Below the pieces are notes generated by a model, which saw only the letters and a program-made list of their open reading frames with translations, was not told the DNA's origin and searched no databases. DNA of 64,000 nucleotides from Amoeboaphelidium protococcarum X5 (taxonomy: Eukaryota; Fungi; Aphelidiomycota): positions 221,147 to 285,146 of the forward strand of contig JALDTO010000155.1 of assembly GCA_023515725.1 (NCBI GenBank). The letters are read 5' to 3'. The translations under genes were made by a program, and so were the position numbers. Shown piece after piece: positions 51,391 through 63,708 of this stretch (positions are counted from its first letter, which is position 1; each line of letters begins with the position of its first letter).

Positions 51391-52774
51391 ATGATGAAAG
51401 TATATGTAACTGCAGCACTTGCTCTTCTACCTCTGCTATCCATAGGTGGCCGATCTCTTTCTCTTGATAGCCGCTAAGCTTATGCTTCAAGTCGCTGTCA
51501 TCCTGAAGATCCAGAACTTATATCTACGGGCCAACTCGATATTGTATTTGAGAAATGTCCAGATGGATTTGTGTGCAGAAGCCATAAAACTCTTTAAAAG
51601 CAGCTCGATGTGCCTGCGATATCATTCGCTCATTGCGTAGATAAGAAGTTACTGAATCTTGATTAATTCTGTTCTGATAAGCTTACTGCTGCGGCTGTTG
51701 CATAGAATATTCAATTGCCCGAAGAGATCTCCAGCTCTCCAGCGAATTACACTCTTTTGGATGTAACAACATGCAGTCCATTTGATCCTAACAGTAAATA
51801 ACAAGTTCAATGCTCTTTGGTCATGACTGATCTCACGTAAACTAGAGTTTAATTCCAAGTTCATCCATGTCCGCAATTTGATGTTTGCCGCAAGTACTAG
51901 CAAGTTACCTATTCTGATGATACGGTAAGATTTAGATCTCAAAAACAGAAAGTATCTCACAAATTCTGTGTAGAAAAGCTACTGTGAATAGCCTGTACAT
52001 GCTTTATGCAAGGATCGATTTTTCAACATCTACGCTGAAACTATCAAATAGAATCTGCTAAAGATAACTCCAGCCTCTGACGAGCAGCAAGGAAAAATTG
52101 AATTCAAGTTTTGCGATCCTTACAAGTAGAATAAATACCTGGGATGCTCAATGAAATACACTGTTCAAATGCTGGGAGATGGCGGTCTGTAACATGGAAA
52201 GCCTCGCGAAATCAAATTTTAATTTGATCATATCACTGTGTCTCATCATTTCTGTCCGTAAAAGGTGATAAGATAAAGTGCTCTTTCTTAAAGAGACGCC
52301 TAGTAGAGTTACTTAGACACGACCTTCATCACATCTGGGCCTTAATGTCGCCAGTTTACTCCCTCAGTAATGCGCTGTACTTCAAGACCGAGCGTTCGTT
52401 CCAATCCATAGGCCGTGTAAAAGCTTCGATCATCCACAACAGCTGATATATTCAATCAAATGTTTCAGCTTGGAGAATTTGTACATATCTGCGCTGATAA
52501 AGATGAGCCTGGTCAGTATTGCCTTCCCGGAAGTCCAGAAATTGGTATCATTTGTCCTCAAGGTAAAGCTGTTACTTGTCCTCGTCCTTTTATCACTGAT
52601 CCCAACAATTGGAATGATTTAGGCTAGGCGCCTCGATGTGTACAAAACTATGGCCCTTTCCCAGGATTTATTTAAGATGATCCTTTCAGATTGCCGCTTA
52701 ATGCTCCGTTTGATATGTTCACTGGTGTCAAGTTGAAACAAGGTCATTATGCTCAGTGTAAAAGTATGAAATGA
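51391..52774 (+). CDS. Secreted Cys-rich repeat protein (candidate effector), 1 intron
   Basis: Signal peptide MMKVYVTAALALLPLLSIG. Repeated C-x-P...C...CP...C units. Intron 51925-51973. Confidence 0.7.
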
Positions 52775-52830
52775 TTTCGAAGGATTATGTGTGAAGAATT
52801 TGTTTTATTACGCTCAGATCATAAAACTTT

Positions 52831-55800
52831 TCACAGTTTCTTCTTCAGTTTAGGCAACTTGCTGCTAGATGCACCATCTTTCTGATCCAGAAGTAGTTGA
52901 GAATCGAGATTGAACTGATTGCGGCCATTTGTCTCATCCAAAATTGCCTTCTTACGGTCGCGCACTTCTTTAGCACGATCCTGGTCTGCTTTAGCCTTCA
53001 ATTAAACTCTTGACAGCTCTGCTAATCTATTCTACTCGGCCTGTTCTTCCTTCTCTACACACTCATATAATATCGTTACTCTCTGATATTAAGCTAAATT
53101 GCGCGTTAATCAATACCTTTCAATTCAGCAGCCAGGCGTTCATTATCTTTAGTATCTTCAGACGCCTTACCCTCTGCATCTCTGATAAATGCCGGCTTGT
53201 TAGATGGCACCTTTAACTCGTCCGCGGATACTTCAAACACGACAGCTACAAGGATCTGAGTACAATGCTCTTATTGTTAAAAGTGCAAAGTGCAAAAACG
53301 GAAACCGTTAAGGTTGACGTTGGAAGAATGCGCGAGCGATCGAGCGCGCGACGGTGATCTCGCAGAAAACAGACAAGTCAGTTGTTTCAAACAAATCCTC
53401 AATGATTTTGCATTAAACTTTTTGTATTAAATCCACTTTCAATCTCAGTCTCCATATTATCTGTCTTGTTCAAATACTACACTCATCCATGGTACCAGAG
53501 CAATTGTTTGTCTTGAAGCTAGTTGGTTTGAAGTTCCCCCAATGTGCGATGAACTTATCCAAATCACCGCCAAAGTGCTTTCTCAGACATTTCATGATCG
53601 GGCAGTATTGCTTCACGTAGAATGATTTGGCGCCAGCTGATAACCCGACGGTTGAGCCAGGATCATCCACTGCAAGAATGGCCTCCAACTTCGCCATGGC
53701 AGTCTTCGCTTTTCTCACTTTCTCTCTCCCAGGCATATCATTCACAACTTCATCCTACTGAACAGCTGTGATGGCAGGTACAACATCAGCTACGTCAGTG
53801 TCTTCTTCATCGGATTCATAGAGTTCATCATCAGAGTGAACCGCAGCTTGTTCACGTAACTATCTGGAAGAAGATTATTGAGAAGTCAGAGTAGATTTTG
53901 GCTACTTCAACTTAGCTGATTGAGTGGCAGCAATCAATCCATTCGCATAAAGCTCAAGCATCCTACGCAGCTCATTAATCTCCTCCGGAGTGGCATTAGG
54001 TGCAATTTCTTTCAACTTTGCCTCAATAAGCTGCAGCACAGTCTCTTTCTTCTGCAACTGGAGAAGTGCATCGTAAATCACTCTAGGTCCACCAACTGCA
54101 TCAACATCAGATAATCCACATAAGCTACGAACAATCTCTTGACTCACCTGCTGCAGACAAAAATTGCCTCTAGAATGGGCAGCATTCAGACTGCGAGCCA
54201 TCTATAGCTACTCACAGTAGGCTGATCTGAATTTGCTTACCACGGAAGACACGTCCAAACGTCTAGTCTTCGCTAATTCTAGCAAATAGCTAGCATCCTT
54301 CTTATACAATGCGGCATTAGCGGACGAAGCGTGTCGCGCACTCTTAGTGATGTCAATCTCTGATCCCATTCCCCAAACAGCAAGCAAATAGCCAGTCTTC
54401 CTACTAGTGTGCGTACCAAATTTACCATCGGGATTGCCGGTAGCAATCTTACAAGCTTTCTGATACTGCCTATGATAAGATACGTAAGAGATGTTGTACG
54501 CCGCATGCCCAACTTGCTTCACAGCATCCAGTGTACTCTCTTGAGGGAACAAGAATCCAGTTCTAATCCCAGAAATAAAAATCCACGTCAAAAGCGCACG
54601 AACCGGGCACAATTCGGGCACATCATAATCCGTCCAAAGAGTCAAGCACACTCTAACACGATCAGACTTGCCTTTAATGTAGAAAGCAAGGGAAGATATA
54701 CTGCCATCACTTTGAAAGGTCGCAAGATCCTTGTTGAGACAATTTTCCAGCCTAGGATCATGAATTTTCAAATCGGTGACTTCATCATTGCGCAGAAATA
54801 GCTTGATACTAACGATAATCATCGTCCACATCATGAATGACTTCGCATCATTTTTCGAGATGAAATACTCGCGGAGACGTAGTAATTCCCAAGGTGTGAG
54901 CGGCTAGCTGCCTTCGGACACGTAGCTGCATCCATCGCGGGAGTTCAATCTCTACATGTTAGTCATGAGGGAAGAATTCTTTGGATCTCCACCCAGCCAA
55001 ATACGAGGAGCCATCGGATGGAACCGACAGCCAGATCTATCACCACGCTCAGAACGTTGGATGCACTCTTCGCAGATATCTCTGTACTCCCCCCTCTAAT
55101 TACGACTATCATGCAGCACAGAGACAGCCGATAACAACTGGTCAACATTCTGTGGCATATTCCAACCACCCTAGCACTTGATATCGTGCCCATAGACACA
55201 TTTCACAGCGTTGCCATTCTCGTCTTTTAGCAAAGAACCCTTCTCATTACGCTTGAACTTGATAAACAAAATGATGCTCTTGGCGTTCATTGACGGTGTG
55301 TACTGCGGGGGGTTAGGAAGCAGCATTAAACTCGAGCTGTAGTCACCAATTAGCGCAAAAAAGTACCGCAATCCTCTGTAATGCTTCTAGTAGGCTTACA
55401 TACTATTCACAGCCAAAGGCCTACCGCCAGTGAGTGGCACAGATACGTCGGATCGAGTCAACCTCAGCAGCTTCAACGTCTCTCCAATGCCTTCATCCAG
55501 CTTATACTTGTACGCCGCTTCAATGCGATACACATGGCTGTTCTCCGACTTCTTGCGTCTCTTCACCTTCTTCGCCAACTGCTCATCATCCAGACCATCA
55601 TCAGAGTCGTAATCGTCGTCGTCATCTTCATCTTCATTCTCCAGCTACCTATTGAAAGCAGCACTGACTTGAGCAGAACTTTGTGAAGTGATATCAGCAG
55701 TTTGATTCATGCTAACAACACTTGTTTCAGCCTCGCACCCAGCCAGACCAGAACTTGAGGAGGCGGATACGCCGACACTACTGCCAACACCAGCACACTC

Positions 55801-56173
55801 ATCAACGGCTGGGATGCCAGTACTACTGTTGGAGGTGGTGATACCACCTCCAGATGGCTACGAGTCACTCTACACTGCTCTAGAACGCTTCCTGCCAGAC
55901 ATGCGAGACGGTCGAGATTGTAACAAAGCGAGTTCGGTGCGTTTCTCCGGGTGCAAGGTGCAAAACACTACCGGTGCAAAAGAAAACAAGCGTTTTATTT
56001 GTTTTAAAAGAGTCAGATACAATGAGATATCGAAATCTTATTCAACTCTATTTCAGACAACTTCATTTACATTTTAGAGGCTTTTTGGCATCTTGGGCTT
56101 TACCAATTTGCTATGGCTTCTACTCTTACGACTCGGCCAAGTTGCTCTGCTCACTTGATGGTCCGCAGCCCAT
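52831..56173 (-). CDS. Small N-acylated coiled-coil protein (stathmin-like, 151 aa); intron 1 carries the Crypton
   Basis: Exons 56173-56071, 53245-53117 and 53054-52831 splice in frame: MGCGPSSEQ...PLK/SVVFEVSADELK...LAAELK/EKEEQAEQNRLAELSRV...KKKL*. Confidence 0.75.
53261..56024 (-). mobile_element. Crypton-type tyrosine-recombinase DNA transposon
   Basis: 7-bp direct repeat TACAATG at 53261-53267 and 56018-56024, no TIRs, single YR gene. Removing it restores a 68-nt GT-AG host intron. Confidence 0.9.
53470..55902 (-). CDS. Tyrosine recombinase (810 aa, intronless)
   Basis: Catalytic set LFLRNDE (R), KGKSD (K), ELCPV, GTHTSRK (HxxR), SARH (H), AALY (Y). Five track ORFs join in one table-6 frame. 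Confidence 0.92.
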
Positions 56174-56826
56174 GTTTTTGCGTTATTGTTTAAAAGAGTG
56201 ACGCTGTAGAAGTATTTATGATGAAAAGTCGGATGAATATGTGTCAATTTAAAAATGAAGATTATGTGGTACTCACTGACAATATGAAAATACTAGAGGC
56301 TAAAAATAGACATCTCATTGAGCTGTTTCAACTGAAATATGATCTAAGATTGTGAAGATTGTGTGGATGTACGATCATTAAACGATTACTTTGGTACATA
56401 GAGTTTCTTTAAAATTTTAATCATTGCCTAGCACATATTTTCTACGTCGCATTAATGGATAATACTCCATGTATAGTTAGACAGTTAATTAACAACGCGG
56501 TTATTGATCTGACAGCCTTGTCAAACCTGTAAGCAGTGCAATTAACGTTGTATCACTCAGTTGATAGTACGATGGTGTCTTGGCAGTCTGCGATTCGCCA
56601 AATTTCTATATTGATTTCGTGTAACGTTGATTTAATTGACTGTACACTCCTGATGTGCCACCGTGTTCGAAACTCAATACATTGATTGGCCCATCTGATT
56701 GATGACAACCAATCGACGCAGTGCCAAGAATTAATCGACCACAAAATGATCTTAGCTGGGTATAAGGTGGTTGTTTCTTCTACACAATTGTATATTACGG
56801 GAAAAAACTAAGTCTCCGACTGAATA

Positions 56827-58545
56827 ATGAAAGTATCTAATGATAGATTATTGTTGCCTCTGGCTCCCTCTATGCATGAACTGCTCACTGCGCTTAAAGA
56901 TTTGCCATTCTCTTGCGATAATGACACAATAACGTCCGGCAATGATTAACACCGTCCTGCACATGAGAAATCTGAAAGTCTTGCCACTCTGATGTGCGTC
57001 TTGTCTGATCAGGCTGAGAAGGATGGCTTCAAACTGATTACGATCAACACTGAGCCGAAGCGCGTCATTATGGCATGTAACAGACAGGGAAAGTCCCCCA
57101 ACGCCGCAGCTGCTAATTCAAAGTCTGAAAATGGTGCTCTGTCTGACACCTAATCACCAAGCGCTGAAAGTCCAATGAGCCCAAAAAGACACAGTCGTCT
57201 GGGTACTAGTATTCGCTGTCAGTGCAGAATGCGTGTCAACATCAACTTCCATACTAAATTGAATGCTTGGCGTATTACGTCCTTCGAGTCGTCGCACAAT
57301 CATTCCTATGGGACATTCTCTTTGGAGAATAATGAACCTCAGTCCACTCAGAGACGTACCTCTGTTGATTACAGCTACGAAATTTCCGAGTCTACTATTC
57401 AGCGTGCCATTCAGAGATATCGGCAGATGAATGCTCCCACTCTGGATATGACACGTATCGCTCGCGAATCTGATGCAGCTTTCGTGCTTGCCGGCATGTC
57501 CAAGTCACCCGCTGCTGAGAAGTCTATGCGTTTGCCATTGTAGCCTCATGGTCACCCACAGCAATAGTAAAAGCAGTAGTTGTAGTCTTTCCAACAGGTG
57601 CCACCTTCTTAGCACAACAGTAACGGCAGTCCAAACTTGCTGATGCATCAACAGCCTCTGTCTGCTATGCCTCAGACTCATCGCACTTCTGTCTCTTCTA
57701 GTAGTAGCGCTGGTCTTGATCACCGTGTGCCCAGTAGTGCTGGACTTGTGCAGAAGCATCTGGCTCATCCGGTATCTCAGCATCACAATCCTGCTGGTTA
57801 TACGCGTCGTCGTTCCTTTTCTGTGGCAACTCCTTAGCGTAATATGGCATAACCTCTATCGGCTGGATAGCATTATGCTTACACTAATGGCGCGCCTTCC
57901 AATGCTCCACCTCCGCAACATCCTCAGTAAGGTGAAGGAGCCAGAGTGAAGAACATGGCCGCCATGGCTATTGAGGTCGAGCGATACGCCATGATGCATA
58001 ACCAGTTCAAGAAAGTGATTGCTTTGGCTTGTAAAAAGCGTGACTCTACTGAAGAAGTTATCTCTGGCATTGGGAGAATGCTTGAAAGATTGCAGGCACC
58101 AGAGTTCTTTGATGGTCATAGAAAATCCATTACATAGCTGGTATCACCTCCAAACTCTGCGCAATAAGTATAATAGCAGTAATTGGCATAGCGATAGGAA
58201 ATGTAGTATGGTGTACCATTGAAGCGTCAGTCAATACACATCCAAACGACGTCTTCTGTTAATGATGGCATTGACTATGCTAGTAAGAAGCAACGCTTGT
58301 CGCCATTGAGTGAGTAGAATCCTGAAGTGTTACGTTAGCAATCTAAGAACTCTCAATAAATGTCGCCTGTAAAAGAGTATGATGAATAGTTGCAACAACA
58401 TCTCTAATCCCAATAAATGGAGTAGTAGAATAACGCGTCTATTAAATTGGCACCTCTGAAAAATTTGAGCCCTGGGGGACAACCCGCTGATTTGTAGCAG
58501 TAGAATGTAATGGAGCGAGTAAGAACTGGCGAACATGCTGTATGA
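56827..58545 (+). CDS. FAR1/Aft1-type (WRKY-GCM1 fold) transcription factor with Gln-rich tail (572 aa)
   Basis: AEKDGFKL...IMACNRQG...SIRCQCRMRV...WRITSFESSHNH. Poly-Gln tracts are coded by mixed CAR/TAR codons. Confidence 0.75.
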
Positions 58546-58780
58546 CTCTGAATTAATTTAATCATTGAGATTGTGTAATTTAATAATAGTTATTTGACTT
58601 AACTTTAGCCTTCTTCTATGCCTCTTAAATGGACCACCACTTAGTCACGCCAAATTTCAACAGGGGTAGGCAATGCCGCGAGCCCCGTGTAGGCGATCGC
58701 TGTACTAAAAATGTAAAGCTTGTAGGCAAAAATTTCATGAATTATTTTTGATAAGTGTCCTTAGTCATAACAATTTCATA

Positions 58781-59627
58781 ATGATTCTTTTAATTCTTGG
58801 GAAGGAGAATCTTAATCTTGAGGACTATGGCCATTCGTGGTAGATTGTTCTGATCGTCCTACTCTCCCTCGCCAACCTTTTGCAATCCATATCTCATCTA
58901 CCGTAAGAATTCTGTAATGACCAAATGAATGACAGCCAATAAATATGTGTGTAGATAGCTTATTGCCAATTTTAAATCAAAGAGCTCTCAGGCCTTGTCA
59001 GATGGATTCCTTTTCTTTGGGTTGATTCATGGCATCTCACTCTGTTGTTGGTAAGGCTTACGATCTGGCTTTAATATCTACCTGCTTGCACCCATAATTT
59101 ATACATTTTTCGCGGCGGCTCTTGCCTTATAGAGAATATATCATTAATTTCCTAGAGTGCCAAGTCTTAAAAGTAAATCTAATGGGAAATTGTTTGACTC
59201 GCTGGCCGCGGAATAGTTGGTGTAAGTTGTGCCAAAGTACGTAATGCAGTACTTTGCGCTTATCATTGCCTGTTACTCTGCTCTGATTTTGCGTCTCGAC
59301 GGCACTTTCGTCACACTCTTCGTTTATCTTCCGACGCTGACTATGCTGCAATTCTACCACCAAGTTAAGTATATCAGGTCATCTGGACCAGAGTTGAACG
59401 CGTCGATGGTGATCTACATTCTGACATTCGCACCTAATTTACTATCGCTGGCAGCTCTCATAATAGTCACGTCATTGCGGCCTTCAATGCTTTGCATCAT
59501 TTGTTGGGTTTTATTCTGTTTGAATCTGCTCCCGCCTTTGCTATCGTCCATCATTATTCTGCGTTAACTGCACATTGCTGATAGAGGGCGTTACGATCAG
59601 GCGCGCGAAGAGTTAATCACGCATTGA
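58781..59627 (+). CDS. PQ-loop membrane protein, 1 intron
   Basis: After splicing 58903-58955: SHLP-Q(TAG)-LIANFKSKSSQALS. Several TM segments. Confidence 0.65.
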
Positions 59628-59729
59628 AGTATATTTAACAAGAACTATAATTAAAACATGATGGTCATGACTAATATTAAAATCAACTTACAAAATTAAT
59701 CAATTAATTACATCAGTAAATGTTCAATT

Positions 59730-60680
59730 TCAAATAAACTCGCCCTGGCGAATCCAAACATTAAGTCCGTACTTTTCAACATTGCCAATAATTGGACTAC
59801 CTCCGTGCTAAGTGGCACGATCTTCAACCTAATTATCATCAGTATTATACCAGAACGCGGCATCACCTACAACAGCAGGGACATCCACATTGATTTGGGG
59901 GAAAGATGTTGCTCCACCGTGCTTCTCCATGTCAACAGTATTCAAGTAAGCGAAAATCGTGATTTCTCTCTGCCCACCGCGTTCCAGCTCTTTATCTGCG
60001 CCAGGAAAAGCAACATCAAACCAATCGTAATGCGGCTTATATTGCTGGCCTTCGCGATACCATACCACTTGCAATGGCTCGATATTGTGCACAGGCTTAT
60101 CGACAAACATCGAGATTCTCTCCTCGATGCACTCCACAACCTTATCGTGGGACCTTTTCAAGTGAGCACTTGAACTAGTTCTGATTTCCGATATTCTCGT
60201 ATCATCACTATCAGATACGATTGTGCTCCTTTTAAACAATGGTCGGGCTGCCTCAATCAAGTGCTGAGACTCGCCGCGCGTCAGTATCTTGCTCAGGTAC
60301 ATCATGAAAGGTTTACGACGCATTATGTTGACACCAAATTTGTAATTGCGATTGCACACATACTGGTCCATGAACGCGGTATCATTGAAAGATCCGTCTG
60401 CATTCCAACTACCAACAGGATCGGCCAAGCCTTGAATCTGAGCTAGCTGCTCTGAATGGGCACTCTGCATGATATTAGCAAGCTCCACCTAAGCGCGACG
60501 ATTTAGCCATTGAGGCACATTATAATAGTGAGCAGTAAAGGTCAGAATGAGAGCTAAAACGGCAACAGCGATATATCCAGACGCCCAACCGCGTCTCGTA
60601 ATATTTGTTTCAACGCGTAACTACTAAGGCAAGCTATCATGCTTATTAACAGATTTGGATCGTGATCTTAATCTTCCCAT
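59730..60680 (-). CDS. Prolyl 4-hydroxylase (2OG-Fe(II) dioxygenase), type II membrane (316 aa)
   Basis: RTSSSA, EPLQVVWY..GQQYKPHYD, GGQR..T...YLN, GGATSFP, HGGSP...EKYGLNVWIR. Confidence 0.93.
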
Positions 60681-61047
60681 TTTATTATTATAAAGCTTTT
60701 CGTATGGAAATACAGGAGATTTTTATCAAAAAGCAAACAATGGAGTATGGGTAAAAAGATGGTGGATTTTGAGACTGATCGAGAGTCACCGCGGTCATTG
60801 GTAATCACTAGACGGTATCTGATTGGATGACTTTGGGTTGTTTGACTTGGCAAAAATGCTTAGCTGCTTAATGCACTGATGATATAGAGCAGTAAGCACT
60901 TTACATCTCAAATATTGTAGTTAGAAAAAGCTATAAGTATAAGAGCAGTTGTTCTGTACTTTTTTCGCTAATGATACATGATTTATCATCTTCAAGTTTA
61001 ATAAACCTTCTTAATTTCACTTATGAATACACGTCGGCAATCTTATA

Positions 61048-62190
61048 ATGACTGAAATTTAGAACTTATAGAATTTGGATACTCAAGACTACAATTAATA
61101 AAATTAAGAGAAAGAGGCAGATTAAATAAACTATGCGGCCTAGACTAAATCTTTGAAGGGTGGCCGCTCTAGAATGGCGAGAAAAAGGTTAGAATAGTAT
61201 TATATGCGATAAAGCGCGATTTAATCTGGAATGCAAGATGTCGATCTGTTGCAAAGGGGCGAATTAGTAATAGATTCTACAGAGGAAGATGCTCTGGCAA
61301 GAAGAGCTTTGATTTTGAGTTTCGCTGCAAATATTGTCTTGTTGGGTGTCAGAGTTGCGGTCGCGGTTCTCTCTGGATCCCTCTCTCTGATTGTCGCTCT
61401 GATGGATGCCGTGCTTGACGTGTTATCTAGTTCATTCATGTTTTGGGCTGCAAGGTAGGCGAATTCGGTAGACATTTATCGGTATCCAGTTGGGAAGCAT
61501 CGTTATGAGTCACTCGGGGTTGTTATTTTCAGCACCATTATGGGCACTGCTGCGTTCACTTTAATCGTGGAGGGTGTGCGATAGTTGATCGAACCACATG
61601 ATGGTCCGACCGAGACTTTAAATAGTCAATGGCTTGTTGTCGGCTTCACCATCTTTGTGGTCGGCTTAAAATTTCTGTTGTATCTCTACTGTCGACGGTC
61701 AAGAAATGCATCGGTTTAAGCGTTTGCCACAGATCATCTGAACGATGTGTTTGTCAATTCATTATCCCTTGTCGGTGCTCTGTTAGGCGCGTATGTCGCG
61801 TGGTAAGCTGATCCAAGTATAGCTATAGCTTTAGCTTGTTACGTTCTATTCAGTTGGAGTAGGCAAGCCTATGGGCAGGTTCGATCTCTGGTGGGTATCG
61901 CTGCGCCGCACGAGTTCTTGCAAAAGCTTACATACTTGGCCACGGTGCATCATGCTGAGAAGATTGTGGCAGTGGATACTGTGCGTGCATATACAATTGG
62001 CGAAATGTATCTGGCAGAGGTGGACATCGTTCTGCCTGGAGATATGACGCTGAAAGAAGCGCATGATATTGGAGAGGACTTGCAAATCAAAATTGAATCG
62101 CTGCCTGAGGTTGGTCGCGCCTTTGTGCATCTAGATTATGAAGGCACTCACAGACCTGAGCACTAGAACGCATTAAATAAAGGAAACTGA
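61048..62190 (+). CDS. Cation diffusion facilitator, Mn-CDF (MTP8/11-like) (380 aa)
   Basis: [56 protein letters not shown]. Confidence 0.9.
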
Positions 62191-62236
62191 AAGCAGATTA
62201 ATGAATCTAAATGGTGTATATTAAATATTAAGTTTT

Positions 62237-63430
62237 TCATTTAGCATTTCACCACAAGAATCTACTCTCTTTGATGTTATCTGGTGTATGTATATCGCGC
62301 AATGTATCGCAGAGATCTTATACCAAAGGATCCTAAGAGCTCTCAACATTAAACAAACCAGATTAAGCCTAAGCCAATCTATAGCTTCTCTCCTGCCTTT
62401 GCTTCAGCTCCAAGTTAACTCGATCGGCACTGTAATCTTGATCAGTGTAGAGAAGTGATGGAAAAGTTGAGATTCTATGGCTGTCCGCGGATGATTACAT
62501 ACTGGCATTATCGGCAACGCATTATGCATCTTCCAAATCAGAGTTCCCTGCTTCAGCCTTAACATCTTTAATCGATTGGAGGTGATTAGTCTCATCTAAC
62601 ATACTCGGTCTCTAGTAATGGACCCAAACCTTGACACCAACGACACCACTTCTCAGCAAAACTTTACTGAAACCATAATCAATCAAAGCTGATGCATCTT
62701 GCTTTGGGCACGACCCGAGGATTAGATCAGACTTGGAGGCCATCTCCTCACCTTTCGGGCGACCACTTATACGCATACGCACTCCCAACACCGGCATCTC
62801 AGTCATGCCAGGTTACAAAGCACGACGCGGTAACTTTGACTCTTTGAGACCGGGTATCATTTTGGAAACCTTATCGAAGATCATAGTGGAACCGACGCGC
62901 TTCTTCAACATCTCACACGCCACCTGGGCCATAATCTCGGCGTTTCCTAAAGGTGAATCGAGCTGAATAATATCCAGCTTAGTTTTGACGCGTCCAGTAC
63001 GCAAATTATCATCTCGAACGCGCCCAGATGTACCAGGTGCTTAAAATTGACCAAATACCTTACTCAGTGATCCTTCAATCTGCGGCCAGTTGATCTTCTG
63101 CGCGTCTTTATCATTGTAAACGAATAGCCGAACCAGATTGCCAGCGACTGCTCTATAAACTAGCGGTGTGGAGATGTAAACACTCTTCTCATGCAGGTAT
63201 CCTTCAATAAACTTTTTAAGCTTCAAATGCTATATATTGTACGATGCATAATGAGCGCTCATCGACGCGCCTTCAAGCGGAACGAACATGTTGTTGTAAA
63301 ATGGACGCGCGTAATTTCTATCAATAGGGATATTACTCTATTAATTTAGACGCATTATTATAGGATTCTTTTCCTACGATGCCCATCGCTTTGACTAAAT
63401 TACTCGCACAGCTGATATCTACTTGTTCAT
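62237..63430 (-). CDS. rps3: Nucleus-encoded mitochondrial ribosomal protein uS3; 3' end uncertain
   Basis: SQEKNPIIMRL N-terminal motif, GVRMRISGRPKG, IDYG, GVVGVKVWV. Many TAR-Gln codons. Confidence 0.75.
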
Positions 63431-63708
63431 TGTAAGACGACTAATATAATGGTTTGATATCGTCGCCCAATAAATAAGAAAGTTTGATTGAATGAAGAAC
63501 CAGCGAAAGAATCCCGCGTAGAAACTAACAGAGAGCCGCGTTACCTCGTTTGTGTTACTTTATAACACAAGGTTACCACGAAACTTGATTCACGTTAAAC
63601 ACACTCGCTGATAGAAAAATTAAAACTATACCAAAAGTCGATATTCTTACGATTAAATTAACCTGTATTCAACATCAATTACATTTACTTGGACAAAATT
63701 CAAATTAT

